Assembly: GCA_934122215.1 (NCBI GenBank)
Contig: CAKOWF010000001.1
Coordinates: 6,995 to 70,994, forward strand
DNA: 64,000 nucleotides
Direction of reading: 5' to 3'
DNA from: an uncultured Bacilli bacterium
GTDB lineage: Bacteria > Bacillota_I > Bacilli_A > RF39 > UBA660
This document shows positions 1-10,012 of the stretch, piece by piece. Numbering within the stretch: position 1 is the stretch's first letter; each line of letters starts with the position of its first letter. A program made the position numbers and the translations under genes. The notes beneath the pieces were generated by a model, which made no database searches, was not told where the DNA came from, and worked only from the letters and a program-made list of their open reading frames with translations.

Positions 1-346
1 CAGAAACAAATGCTTTAGCAAACATTTCATCATTTAATAATCCAGATTTGGTTAAATGATCAATTATTTTTTTTTGATCATTTTTTTCTACTTTATTTTT
101 ATTTAAATATTCGATAATTTCTTTTTTAGAGCGCATTTTAATTGATATATACTTTAATACTTTAGTATATATATCATAATAACTTGTTTCAATGTTTATA
201 TTTTCTAATAAATCATGATCTATGTTTTTTTTATATAACAAATTATTATTTATTATAACATCATCATAAGTTAATATTTTATTGTTATCATCTAATTCTA
301 TTTTATATTTACCACTCTTTAATTTTTTTATATTTTTTATTTCCAT
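1..346 (-). CDS. recX: RecX regulatory protein (3' end runs off window start)
   Basis: Own translation of minus strand from ATG at 346: MEIKNIKKLKSGKYKIELDDNNKILTYDDVII...ISIKMRSKKEIIEYLNKNKVEKNDQKKIIDHLTKSGLLNDEMFAKAFVS. No stops to position 1. N-terminal beta region plus helical-repeat pattern match B. subtilis-type RecX. Absent from the ORF track because it is truncated at the window edge. Confidence 0.6.
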   Translation of the reverse strand, partial: MEIKNIKKLKSGKYKIELDDNNKILTYDDVIINNNLLYKKNIDHDLLENINIETSYYDIYTKVLKYISIKMRSKKEIIEYLNKNKVEKNDQKKIIDHLTKSGLLNDEMFAKAFVS

Positions 347-409
347 AACATCACCAATATAATTATAATATTTAAACAAATGTTCGTCAAGAAGAATTAA
401 AAAAAAGAA

Positions 410-610
410 TCAATCTTCTTTTATATGAATTAGGTTCTTTGATACTTCTTCTAATGCTTTACCTATATTCTTTTTAGACACATATTGATTACTTTTCATT
501 TGATAATTGTTTTCCTCTTCCATTTCCTTTACTCTTTTTGATACTAAATTTACTAAAAGAAATTTTGATCCTACCATACTTAAAAGTTTATCAATTGATG
601 GATATATCAT
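410..610 (-). CDS. rpoZ: DNA-directed RNA polymerase subunit omega
   Basis: 66 aa; KFLLVNLVSKRVKEM motif typical of RpoZ. Confidence 0.85.
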   Translation of the reverse strand: MIYPSIDKLLSMVGSKFLLVNLVSKRVKEMEEENNYQMKSNQYVSKKNIGKALEEVSKNLIHIKED

Positions 611-656
611 AAAATCACTCTCCCTATTTTGATTTTATAACACTGCTTGTTTTAAA

Positions 657-1259
657 TCAAGTTTTTTGACAAAAGTTGACATTATATATTATTTCATATA
701 ATTTATTAATTTCTGATTCATTTAATTTTTTATTTTTATATTTTCTTTTAAAATCATTTAAAAATAATTTATATTTTGATATATTTTCAAAAGGAATAGT
801 AACATCACAGTCATTTGAAGTAATAATATATTTTTCTATTGTATATTCTATTAGTGCTTGATATTTTAATAATAGCCTATCCTGCTCCAAAAATATATTT
901 GGTATGTAAAATTTGGTCTTACCATAAGATAAGGATAATATATTACTTTTTATATTTCCAGATACTATACCAGTTTTATTTATAACATATATTATAAATA
1001 CACCATACTCTGATATTAATATAATATGATCGTTTTTAAATATTATCTTTTTATAGCCGTTTATTTCTTTTATAATAGGTAAACACAATTCTGTAAAAGA
1101 TGTATTAACACTTTTAAATTTGTTTTTTTCTTTTTTGTATCTATATATTAAATATAATATAAAGATTAGAACAGATATGATTATTAACCATTTAAATTTT
1201 TCAAATGTTAAAATTATTATACCTATTCCTACAAATATAAATACTAATAAAAAAGTCAT
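657..1259 (-). CDS. membrane-anchored hypothetical protein (possible NERD-like nuclease-related domain)
   Basis: 200 aa; N-terminal two TM helices followed by a soluble domain. No confident family assignment from sequence. Confidence 0.3.
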   Translation of the reverse strand: MTFLLVFIFVGIGIIILTFEKFKWLIIISVLIFILYLIYRYKKEKNKFKSVNTSFTELCLPIIKEINGYKKIIFKNDHIILISEYGVFIIYVINKTGIVSGNIKSNILSLSYGKTKFYIPNIFLEQDRLLLKYQALIEYTIEKYIITSNDCDVTIPFENISKYKLFLNDFKRKYKNKKLNESEINKLYEIIYNVNFCQKT

Positions 1260-2527
1260 TTAATTATTTCAATTATTAATTCTTTTTTAGCTGCTAGTAC
1301 ATCTTCTATTTGAAAACAATCTGTAATTTGTTTTATATCAATATCTAATTTATTAACATATATTTTAGCCAATTCTTCATTTTCAAATACTAAATCACCT
1401 ATTTTTTTATTTAATACTATACCAACAGAATAATCAATAATATCTTCTTTTTTACTTCTTCCGGCACCTATTTTTTTTGCTATGTTACCTAAATTATAAG
1501 CATCTATTTTAGTAACAATGCCATCTTTTGGACTTTTTATCGATACAACCTTATCTGATATAGAAATATTATTTATATCGCCATTTTGATATTCAATCCA
1601 TTCTACAAATTTATTATATGCTTCTCCATTATTAATTTTTCCATCTATTAATTTAATAGCATCTTCTTTTTTTATATTTTCTTTTTCTAAATATATTTCA
1701 GTTAATGTATATATTAATTCCTTTAAGTCTTTTGGACCTCTTCCATGTAATAAATCAATGCATTCTTTTACTTCTAATCCATTTCCTATAGCATATCCTA
1801 AAGGTTCATCCATATTTGTTAAAACGCATACTACATGCTTATTAAATCTTTTACCGATTTTAATCATAGTATTAGCAAGTATAGTAGCATCTTCTTTATT
1901 TTTCATTAAAGCTCCATTTCCTACTTTTACGTCTATTACAATTATTGAAGCAGAACTTGCTATTTTTTTACTCATTATACTACTTGCTATTAAAGGTATT
2001 GATTCTGCTAATCCAGTTACATCCCTTAACGCATATATTTTTTTGTCAACTACTGCTACTTCTGCAGTTTGACTTATAATACTTACACCTATTTTATTTA
2101 CTTGTTCAATAAACTTTTCTTCACTTAAATTAACATTATATCCTTTAATTGATTCTAATTTATCAATAGTTCCACCAGTATGGCCTAATCCTCTTCCGCT
2201 CATTTTAGCTACTTTAAATCCTAAACTAGCAAGTATTGGAGCTAATGCAATAGTTGTTTTATCTCCTACACCACCAGTTGAGTGTTTATCTACTGTAATA
2301 CCATCAATACCACTTAAATCAATAATATCTCCACTTTCAATCATTGCTTTTGTTAAATAATATACTTCATCGTCAGTCATTCCATTTAAAGTAATAGCCA
2401 TAAGTAATGAACTCATTTGATAATCAGCTATATTACCATCAACATAATTTTTAATTACGAAATTAATTTCCTCTTCTGTTAAATTTTCCTTGTTTTTTTT
2501 CTTTATTATTATATCTATAATATTCAT
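1256..2527 (-). CDS. pdp: pyrimidine-nucleoside / thymidine phosphorylase
   Basis: 423 aa; glycosyltransferase family 3 signature HSTGGVGDKTT, full-length pyrimidine nucleoside phosphorylase architecture. Confidence 0.85.
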   Translation of the reverse strand: MNIIDIIIKKKNKENLTEEEINFVIKNYVDGNIADYQMSSLLMAITLNGMTDDEVYYLTKAMIESGDIIDLSGIDGITVDKHSTGGVGDKTTIALAPILASLGFKVAKMSGRGLGHTGGTIDKLESIKGYNVNLSEEKFIEQVNKIGVSIISQTAEVAVVDKKIYALRDVTGLAESIPLIASSIMSKKIASSASIIVIDVKVGNGALMKNKEDATILANTMIKIGKRFNKHVVCVLTNMDEPLGYAIGNGLEVKECIDLLHGRGPKDLKELIYTLTEIYLEKENIKKEDAIKLIDGKINNGEAYNKFVEWIEYQNGDINNISISDKVVSIKSPKDGIVTKIDAYNLGNIAKKIGAGRSKKEDIIDYSVGIVLNKKIGDLVFENEELAKIYVNKLDIDIKQITDCFQIEDVLAAKKELIIEIIK

Positions 2528-2625
2528 ATTATCTACCTCTATTTTATTGTAACATATTTTATTAAATTTAATAAGTATTTTTGATTATTTATTAAGTTTA
2601 TGTTATACTCTTATTGGTGAATTTT

Positions 2626-3855
2626 ATGCAGATAAAACAATTAACTAATGAAGAGTTTAATATCTTTAAAAATAGCTTTAAGGATTCTTCAATTTATCAA
2701 ACTGTTGAATATGGATTTGTTATGAATCATCAAGGATTTGACTCTGTCATATTAGGATTAGTTGATAATGAGGAACATATTATTGGAGCAAGTTTAATAT
2801 TAATTAAAAAAAGTAAAAATACAAAATATGCTTATGCCCCAAGAGGTTTTTTAATAGATTATACTAACTATAATTTATTAGAAATATTTACTAATTTATT
2901 AAAAAAATATTTATCTAAATTAGGTATTGTTGCATTAAGAATTAATCCATTAATAGTAAAATCAATATATGATAAAAAACACAATATATTATCTAATAAT
3001 GATTATTATAATACTATTTATAATAACCTTATAAATTTAGGTTATAAACATTTAGGCTATAATTCTTATTTTGAAGGTTTAAAGCCAAGATTTGAAGCTA
3101 TTATAGATATTGATAAGCCATACTATTTATTATTTAATGATTTAAATAAGGAATTTAGGACAAAAATAAGAAGTGCTTCTAAAAATGGAATTAAAATATA
3201 TAATGGCGATAATTTAGAATATTTATATTTGCAAACAAAAAAGAAATATCCAAGAGATTTAGATTATTTTAAAGATTGTTACAAGTATTTTTCTAAAAAT
3301 AATAACATTGATTTTTATTATACTAAATTGGATACTAAAGAATATCTTAAAATTAAAAATAAACAATTAATTGAGCAAGAAAAAATTGTTAACTATTATA
3401 ATGAAATTGTTACTAAAAATTTGAAAAATATTAATTTAAAAATAACTGCAGATAAACGATATAATGAGTTAAAACTTCAATTAATTGAAGCAACTAATTT
3501 ACTTAAAAATAATCCTGATGGCATTATTACATCATCCGCACTCGTTGTTAAAAATAAAGATGAAGTATATTTACTTATGGATGGTTATGATAATAAGTTT
3601 AAATCACTAAATTCTAAACATTTATTATTATGGAAATTAATTGAAAATTATTCCATCCAAAATTATAAAAAATTTAATTTAGGTGGTATAACTAATCCAT
3701 TTGAAAAAAATAATAAATATGAAGGATTAAATACTTTTAAATTAGGTTTTAATTCAAAAGTTTATGAATATATTGGCGATTTGGAGCTAATATGTAATAA
3801 TACGAAATATTTTTTAATTAAAAATTCATTTTTAAAAAAAGCATTAAAAAAGTAA
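2626..3855 (+). CDS. FemAB-family aminoacyltransferase (peptidoglycan interpeptide bridge formation)
   Basis: ORF-track start is TTG at 2614. Probable ATG at 2626 is preceded by GGTGA. About 410 aa; size and two-domain layout with central coiled-coil insert resemble FemA/FemX/MurM. Confidence 0.5.
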   Translation: MQIKQLTNEEFNIFKNSFKDSSIYQTVEYGFVMNHQGFDSVILGLVDNEEHIIGASLILIKKSKNTKYAYAPRGFLIDYTNYNLLEIFTNLLKKYLSKLGIVALRINPLIVKSIYDKKHNILSNNDYYNTIYNNLINLGYKHLGYNSYFEGLKPRFEAIIDIDKPYYLLFNDLNKEFRTKIRSASKNGIKIYNGDNLEYLYLQTKKKYPRDLDYFKDCYKYFSKNNNIDFYYTKLDTKEYLKIKNKQLIEQEKIVNYYNEIVTKNLKNINLKITADKRYNELKLQLIEATNLLKNNPDGIITSSALVVKNKDEVYLLMDGYDNKFKSLNSKHLLLWKLIENYSIQNYKKFNLGGITNPFEKNNKYEGLNTFKLGFNSKVYEYIGDLELICNNTKYFLIKNSFLKKALKK

Positions 3856-3865
3856 GTCATATGGC

Positions 3866-4687
3866 TTACTTTTGACATTTTGGACAATAATATGTTCCCC
3901 TACCATTTACTTTTATCTTAACAATTTTTGAACCACATATAGAGCATCTCTCTCCATCTTTATTATGAACTAAAAGATTGTCTTGAAATCTACCATGAAC
4001 TCCTTCACTAGATTCATATGTTCTTATAGTTGTACCACCATCTATAATTGCCTTATTCAATATTTCTTGCGTATTATTTATAATATTTTTTAATTCTATA
4101 TCACTTAATTCACAACATTTTTTTAAAGGATTTATATTACTTAAAAATAAAATTTCATCAGCATATATATTTCCTATTCCAGTTATTATACTTTGATCTA
4201 ATAGAATTGTCTTAATAGGCAATTTTTTATTACTATATTTTTGTTTTAAATAATTTGTATTTAAGTTTTCATCCCAAGGTTCTAATCCTAATTCATTTAA
4301 TGGTTTATTGTTAAATGCATCATCTTTTTTATATAAATACATTTTACCAAATTTTCTAGTATCTTTATATCTTAAACATGTATTATCGTAAAATATGAAA
4401 TTTACATGTTCATGTTTTTCTATTTTATCATCAGTATTTTTTAAATTATATTTGCCTTCCATACGTAGATGGCTTAATAAATAATAGTCATTCAATTCAA
4501 AGATTAACCATTTTCCTTTTCTTTTTATATCAATTATTGTTTGATTAATAATTTGTTTTTTAAAATCTTCTACTGATGGCTCTACTATTATATTAGGATA
4601 AAATACTTCTATTTCTTTTATTTTTTTATTTATTACTTTTTTTATTAATGTTCTTCTTACTGTTTCTACTTCAGGTAACTCTGGCAT
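3866..4687 (-). CDS. mutM: formamidopyrimidine-DNA glycosylase
   Basis: Starts MPELPEVETVRR (catalytic Pro2/Glu3), C-terminal zinc finger CxxC...CxxC. Confidence 0.9.
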   Translation of the reverse strand: MPELPEVETVRRTLIKKVINKKIKEIEVFYPNIIVEPSVEDFKKQIINQTIIDIKRKGKWLIFELNDYYLLSHLRMEGKYNLKNTDDKIEKHEHVNFIFYDNTCLRYKDTRKFGKMYLYKKDDAFNNKPLNELGLEPWDENLNTNYLKQKYSNKKLPIKTILLDQSIITGIGNIYADEILFLSNINPLKKCCELSDIELKNIINNTQEILNKAIIDGGTTIRTYESSEGVHGRFQDNLLVHNKDGERCSICGSKIVKIKVNGRGTYYCPKCQK

Positions 4688-4688
4688 A

Positions 4689-5369
4689 TTAACCTCCTAT
4701 AATTAAATGAATTATATAACTAGCACAATTTATTCCAGCTACTGCTGGTACAAAAGAATTTGAAGAAATATGTTTTTTGGTATTGGTAATAGGTTGTTCT
4801 GTGCTTGATACTACCATTATTTTTTCTTTTATTTTTTCTTCATTTACCATTTTTCTTATTTTTTTAGCAATTGGATCATATGAAGTATTTCTAATATCTT
4901 GTACTTTTACTTTTGAAATATCTAATTTTCTTCCCATTCCCATACAACTAATCATTGGTATATTCTTTTTAATACATTCTTTTATTATTAATTTTTTTGT
5001 AGGTATGGTATCACATGCATCAATTAAATAGTCAATTTTTTGTTCAAATAAAATATTTATATTATCTTCATTTATAAATTTATCTATTTTTTTTATTTTT
5101 GCTTTAGGATTTATATCCAAAATTCTTTTTTCAAATGCATCTACCTTTTTCATTCCTATTGTTGAATGTAGGGAAATCAATTGTCTATTTAAATTACTTG
5201 ATTCTATTATATCAGCATCAACAATTATTAAATTTTCTATTCCACTTCTAACAATACTTTCTAAAGCATATCCACCTACTCCACCTAATCCTATTATCAA
5301 AATTGTACTAGTTCTCAATTTTTCTATATTTTCTTTTCCTATTTGTGATTCTAATCTTTCTAAATTCAT
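4689..5369 (-). CDS. tcdA: tRNA threonylcarbamoyladenosine dehydratase (ThiF/MoeB E1-like)
   Basis: 226 aa; Rossmann IIGLGGVGGYALESIVRSGIENLIIVDADIIESSNLNRQ typical of TcdA/CsdL. Confidence 0.7.
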   Translation of the reverse strand: MNLERLESQIGKENIEKLRTSTILIIGLGGVGGYALESIVRSGIENLIIVDADIIESSNLNRQLISLHSTIGMKKVDAFEKRILDINPKAKIKKIDKFINEDNINILFEQKIDYLIDACDTIPTKKLIIKECIKKNIPMISCMGMGRKLDISKVKVQDIRNTSYDPIAKKIRKMVNEEKIKEKIMVVSSTEQPITNTKKHISSNSFVPAVAGINCASYIIHLIIGG

Positions 5370-5403
5370 AATAACTCCTTAAAGAAAAAAATAATACTAT
5401 GTA

Positions 5404-5823
5404 TTATTTTTGTAACATATTTAATAAATTAATTTTAAAAATATCTTTTTCTGAATGTTGTTTTGAAACCATTACTCCCTTATATGTTTCTAATTCTGAT
5501 TGATGACCTTCAGTTAATATTTCAACTGGTTCTATAGAGTCAAGCATTATCATTTTTTCATTTTCATAAACTATATATCTAAGTCTTATATCACCATGTA
5601 CTTTAGCAAACATAATATCAGTTGGCAATTTTAATTCATAAGTTACTGTATTAGCTTCACTATTACTAGAAATTTGTTCACCTAAAAATGTTCCTTCTTT
5701 CATCTTTGGATAAAATTCAAAGCAAAGTTTTTTATATGCTAGCATATTGTATTTTTTTAGTGATCTTTCTAATTTATGAAATTCATTTTCATTAACATAC
5801 TCAAACAAATATATATCTTTCAT
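5404..5823 (-). CDS. hypothetical protein
   Basis: 139-aa ORF with plausible spacing. No recognisable motif. Confidence 0.4.
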   Translation of the reverse strand: MKDIYLFEYVNENEFHKLERSLKKYNMLAYKKLCFEFYPKMKEGTFLGEQISSNSEANTVTYELKLPTDIMFAKVHGDIRLRYIVYENEKMIMLDSIEPVEILTEGHQSELETYKGVMVSKQHSEKDIFKINLLNMLQK

Positions 5824-5896
5824 GTAATGCTCCTTTCTATGGTCATTAAACTAAATTAATTATATCTCATTTATATAATAAAGTCAAACAGTCATA

Positions 5897-5925
5897 AAAA
5901 TAATGTAGAAATTCTACATTATTTT
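5897..5925. terminator. perfect inverted repeat (14-bp arms, 1-nt spacer) overlapping stop codon of 5919..7988; likely bidirectional terminator
   Basis: AAAATAATGTAGAA-A-TTCTACATTATTTT read directly. Arms are exact reverse complements. Flanked by T/A runs. Confidence 0.4.
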
Positions 5926-7988
5926 GACATATGATTAGTTTCAATTTCATCATATATAGTTATAGCTTCTTGATAACTATTCATTGCTTCTTGTAATAAA
6001 GATTTTAATTCTTTATATGATTCTACTTTTTCATCTCTTGTTAATACTTTAACTTCAATTTCACGATTTGAATATTGTGGTTCAATAGAGTTAGTTACTG
6101 TTTCTTCACTAATTGCTTCACCACTTCCTACTGGCACAAATATTGTAGTTTCTTCTGATGGAGCATTTTTACCATCATCTTTGAAATCTTCTTTTTCTTC
6201 TTTTTCTTCTTTATCAACAACTGTTGGTGTTGTTGGTTGAAATTTTGTACCATCATTGTTATTTTTATTTGCTTCTTCGATAGCTTTTTTAGCTTCATTC
6301 CATCCTGTAGTATATGAAGATTTATATAATTCTGGAACACTATTTACATTGTTTATACCATTAGCAGCATCTATTGCACCTTGTTTAGCCCATTTTGCGG
6401 CTTCTTCTTTATCAACAACATTTCCAGTATTATCTTTGAATTCTGTTTTTTCAGTATTCTTTCTAACATTTTCTTCATATTTTTCTTTAGCATTTGGATC
6501 AGTTGGATTTACACCATTTTGAATCATATCTTCTTTAGATATTGTTCCACCTTCACCATTTGATATACCGCTATCGTCTTTACTAACTTGTGGTTTTACA
6601 CTTTTTATTGCTTTTTCTTGTTTTTCTGTATAACTTTCTAGTTCTACATAGTTTTCTAAATTTACATTTTTTGAAACTTCAACTCTTAAAGTTTTATAGT
6701 TTGCTTCATCTAAATAATATAATTGACCCATAGATATTAAATTTTCGATATTTTCTTTTCTTTCATTTAAACTATCTAATACTCTTATATTATTAATACT
6801 TTCTAATGATTTTTTTGTTTCATCTTCTATATTTAGTGTTGATGCTTCACCTTTACTCATTCCACAATTACTTACAACTGTCATTAATTTTGCTTCTAAT
6901 TCATCATCTGGGTAATAACCTAATTTATAATTAGAACTTTTTGTTAATTCGCACCAAGCCCCAAATTCAGCATTTATAAAAGTTGCTAAAGCAGAATTAC
7001 TATATTTTAATTCGTTTGTTGAATCATTTATTAAACTATAAACAAAATCATAGAATTCTTTAGAAATTTCTTTTCTTTCATCTTTTTTAGTTGCTGCATT
7101 TAATCTTGCTAAAATATCAGCGCCATCATTTAATAATTTAACATCATTTTCATTCATATAAAGATTTGAAAAATCAACTTTATTATCTAGTGTTGCCACT
7201 AACATTTGATCTTTTAGTAAATTGTTCATTTCTTTAAAATTATATATTAAATCATCATTGTCTAATACAGCCCCAGGTTGTTCTTTCATAAAGTTAGCAT
7301 ATTCTAAAGTAGTTATATTATCAATATTTGCTACTAAATAGTATTGTAACCATTCACCTGAGATTAAATCTTTTTGAGATTCTTCACTTAAGTTTTTATC
7401 TACTAATTTAACTCCATTTTTTAATAAATTATTTATTGTTTCAGTAGTATTTTCTTTAGCATTAGTTGAGAATTGCATTAAAATTTGTTCTGCAGCTATT
7501 TTATTTTCATCTATTTCTTCAACTGTATTATTTTCTTCTACTGTTTCAATTGTTTGTTGTGGTTCAGTTTCGATAACTTCTTCTGTTATATCTTTTTTAC
7601 CACAAGATATTGAAGTAGTTGCTAAAACAACAGCTAATGTAGAAATAATTCCTACTGCTTTTCCTTTTTCATATTTTTTATTTAATTTAGCATTTTTTGG
7701 TATTTCATTATATAAATTAACATCTACATCTTCTCCAAATTTTTCTACTGCTAATTTAGATAATTTTTCTTCTTCTTTTAAATTTTTATTTTCTAAATTT
7801 TCATAAATTTTAGCAATTCTTTCATCTATTTCTGATTTATAAGAATCCTCATTACCTATTATCATTGCATATAATTTATTTCTTAAATCTTCTATATCTT
7901 TCTCATCAACCTTTAGAAAGCTCATATTTGAGCTTTCATATGGTCTAAGAGTTTTATCAATAGCTTTTTGTATATAAGTTTTAGCCAT
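5919..7988 (-). CDS. bitopic membrane protein with ~105-aa cytoplasmic N-domain, one TM helix and a large K/E/N-rich extracellular domain
   Basis: 689 aa; single hydrophobic segment GIISTLAVVLATTSISC about 110 aa from the N-terminus. Remainder low-complexity acidic/coiled-coil. Anti-sigma-factor-like topology but no adjacent sigma factor. Confidence 0.5.
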   Translation of the reverse strand: MAKTYIQKAIDKTLRPYESSNMSFLKVDEKDIEDLRNKLYAMIIGNEDSYKSEIDERIAKIYENLENKNLKEEEKLSKLAVEKFGEDVDVNLYNEIPKNAKLNKKYEKGKAVGIISTLAVVLATTSISCGKKDITEEVIETEPQQTIETVEENNTVEEIDENKIAAEQILMQFSTNAKENTTETINNLLKNGVKLVDKNLSEESQKDLISGEWLQYYLVANIDNITTLEYANFMKEQPGAVLDNDDLIYNFKEMNNLLKDQMLVATLDNKVDFSNLYMNENDVKLLNDGADILARLNAATKKDERKEISKEFYDFVYSLINDSTNELKYSNSALATFINAEFGAWCELTKSSNYKLGYYPDDELEAKLMTVVSNCGMSKGEASTLNIEDETKKSLESINNIRVLDSLNERKENIENLISMGQLYYLDEANYKTLRVEVSKNVNLENYVELESYTEKQEKAIKSVKPQVSKDDSGISNGEGGTISKEDMIQNGVNPTDPNAKEKYEENVRKNTEKTEFKDNTGNVVDKEEAAKWAKQGAIDAANGINNVNSVPELYKSSYTTGWNEAKKAIEEANKNNNDGTKFQPTTPTVVDKEEKEEKEDFKDDGKNAPSEETTIFVPVGSGEAISEETVTNSIEPQYSNREIEVKVLTRDEKVESYKELKSLLQEAMNSYQEAITIYDEIETNHMSK

Positions 7989-8015
7989 AGTATTTCACCC
8001 TTTCTAAACTTTTAA

Positions 8016-9584
8016 TTATTTAGTAATTTCTTTTAATTTACCTGTATAAGAATATCCTTCTGATAATAATTTTGTATCATTTTTAACACTCCATTTAGTA
8101 TCAGTAGTTCCTTCTATCCAAGTTCTTGTCATATAACTATAATATTTTGTAGTTACAGTTTGATATACTGGTTCTTTTGTTTGTGTAGTTTTATATCCTG
8201 TAATAATTTGAATTGTTGTAGTAACTGGAACTGTTTCTTTAGCAGTTTGAGTACATTGATATTTTGTTACAGGAGTAGCTGTTCTTTCATATACTTTATA
8301 TGCTTTTGTAGTACCTGATGAACAATTATTACCACAAACATCTGGATCAGAAGATACATACACATATTTTGTAGTATTTGTATCTTTTGGTGTATATGTT
8401 AAATATACTGTTTTAACATATTTATATTCACCATATGAATATTCACCTGTTTTAACATATTCATATTTTTTACAAACTGTTTTTTCTTCAGTACCAATTT
8501 GAATTTCTTTTGTACCATAAATTGGTTGAGATTTATCAGTTTTTGTTGTTACATTATAACCAATTAATTTCTTTTCTGTTATAGTTTTAGTTTTAACTGA
8601 TGTATTAGCATCTGCTTTTACTTCTTTTGTTTGCCATTCTGACCAATTACTATATTTATAATATCCTTCAGTTTTTTTGATATATTCATATAAATATTCT
8701 TTTACTATTTCTTTATTACATGAATCTTTATATTCTTTTTCACTTACTACATTACCGTCTTTATCATAATATTGGTTATCTACTACTTCACAGTAATGTT
8801 TTGTATTTGGTGTTGGCGTTGGTGTTGAAGTACAAGATTTATTAAAATCTGCTACACTTACTACATTACCATTTTTATCATAAAATATATTATTTACTAC
8901 TTCACAGTAATGTTTTGTATTTGGTGTTGGTGTTGGTGTTGAAGTACAAGATTTATTAAAATCTGCTGCACTTACCACATTACCATTTTTATCATAAAAT
9001 ATATTATTTACTACTTCACAGTAATGTTTTTGTACTGGTTTAACTGGATAAATTGTTGGTTTTTTAACATCTGCTTTATTTTTTTCACAGATAGTTGTTG
9101 AACAATAATCATAGCATCCCATATAAACTAATAAATAATTTTCTTGTTCTCCACATTTTAAGTTGACTTTCATAACATATTCAGTTTCATGTTTTGTAAC
9201 TTCTACGTATGAATCATCTAAACTACAAGTATCACCATTTTTATCAACGAATGGTAATATAATTTTTAAATCTAACATTTTTCCTAATGTTAATCTAGTT
9301 TTGTCACCTACATTTTTAGGTAATCTTTCTGTTGTGAAATAATCTTTAGCAGAGTCTTTCATCATAAGTACATTTGTATTAAAGATACTATCATATAATA
9401 CTCCTGTATTGCATGTGTCACCACTACATGTTGTTGTAACATTTTTTAAATCACTTTTTAATGGAAATAACCATATTAAAATGAATATAAATAATGCTAT
9501 AAATAAGAATTGAATAATTACATTCTTAACTGAAAAATTTGTGTTATCGTTATACATAAATAACCCCCCTTTGAATTTACGCAC
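8016..9584 (-). CDS. membrane-anchored Cys/Thr-rich surface protein with 38-aa tandem repeats
   Basis: 522 aa; N-terminal TM (IIQFLFIALFIFILIWLF). Three tandem copies of KHYCEVVNNIFYDKNGNVVS.ADFNKSCTSTPTPTPNT; many Cys and T/K/Y-rich C-terminal half. Confidence 0.5.
   Translation of the reverse strand: MRKFKGGLFMYNDNTNFSVKNVIIQFLFIALFIFILIWLFPLKSDLKNVTTTCSGDTCNTGVLYDSIFNTNVLMMKDSAKDYFTTERLPKNVGDKTRLTLGKMLDLKIILPFVDKNGDTCSLDDSYVEVTKHETEYVMKVNLKCGEQENYLLVYMGCYDYCSTTICEKNKADVKKPTIYPVKPVQKHYCEVVNNIFYDKNGNVVSAADFNKSCTSTPTPTPNTKHYCEVVNNIFYDKNGNVVSVADFNKSCTSTPTPTPNTKHYCEVVDNQYYDKDGNVVSEKEYKDSCNKEIVKEYLYEYIKKTEGYYKYSNWSEWQTKEVKADANTSVKTKTITEKKLIGYNVTTKTDKSQPIYGTKEIQIGTEEKTVCKKYEYVKTGEYSYGEYKYVKTVYLTYTPKDTNTTKYVYVSSDPDVCGNNCSSGTTKAYKVYERTATPVTKYQCTQTAKETVPVTTTIQIITGYKTTQTKEPVYQTVTTKYYSYMTRTWIEGTTDTKWSVKNDTKLLSEGYSYTGKLKEITK
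8781..9060. repeat. 114-bp tandem repeat (two near-identical copies plus a partial third; a diverged copy lies just downstream at ~8700-8780)
   Basis: tactacttcacagtaatgttttgtatttggtgttgg... recurs at 8781, 8895 and 9009. Copies differ by about 3 nt. Confidence 0.8.
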
Positions 9585-9695
9585 GATATAATAACATAGT
9601 TTTTTTCGTTTGTCAAATTTTTTTCAATTTCCAATTTTTTCTAGATGCAATATTTCTTTGTTGTTACTAAATAATACCACAAAATAAGGATTTTG

Positions 9696-9965
9696 TCAAA
9701 TTTTAAGACGAACAACTGTACATCCTCTATTGTTGTAATATATCTTATATTCTAAAACATTTTTATTTTGTTTTAATACTCTATGTGCAGACTTCATTAC
9801 TGTTCCTGTTCCTATGCCATGAATTATTACTATAATTTCATTTTTCATTTTAATATTATCATTTATAAAATCATTTACTGCTAGTGCGGCTATATCACTA
9901 GTATATCCATGTAAGTCCAATTTAGGAAACCTATCAATAAATAATATATTATCTATCTTTTCCAT
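9696..9965 (-). CDS. Smr (small MutS-related) domain protein
   Basis: 89 aa; LDLHGYTSDIA...HGIGTG pattern of Smr domain. Confidence 0.6.
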   Translation of the reverse strand: MEKIDNILFIDRFPKLDLHGYTSDIAALAVNDFINDNIKMKNEIIVIIHGIGTGTVMKSAHRVLKQNKNVLEYKIYYNNRGCTVVRLKI

Positions 9966-10012
9966 ACATTACTCCTTTTTAAATTTAAATAAAAAGAATA
10001 TTAACTATTCTT

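Noticed and set aside
676-861. Short plus-strand ORFs antisense to real minus-strand genes (676..861, 1758..2072, 4777..5031, 6256..6563, 13625..13807, 14781..14966, 16328..16513, 21263..21466, 21892..22080, 28653..28922, 31283..31474, 32779..33246, 34576..34803, 35627..37105 set, 39420..39707, 42642..42908, 44284..45735 set, 46631..46927, 47375..47792, 50068..50271, 53413..53658, 55582..56487 set, 57384..57671, 58337..58681, 60428..60703, 61472..63135 set)
   Set aside because: All lie inside and opposite to long ORFs with clear homology-type motifs. Their low-complexity F/L/I-rich translations are what AT-rich antisense frames produce. No RBS support.
6128-6340. 70-aa minus-strand ORF inside 5919..7988
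   Set aside because: Alternative frame within a much longer, better-supported ORF. Product is a K-run artefact of the A-rich sequence.
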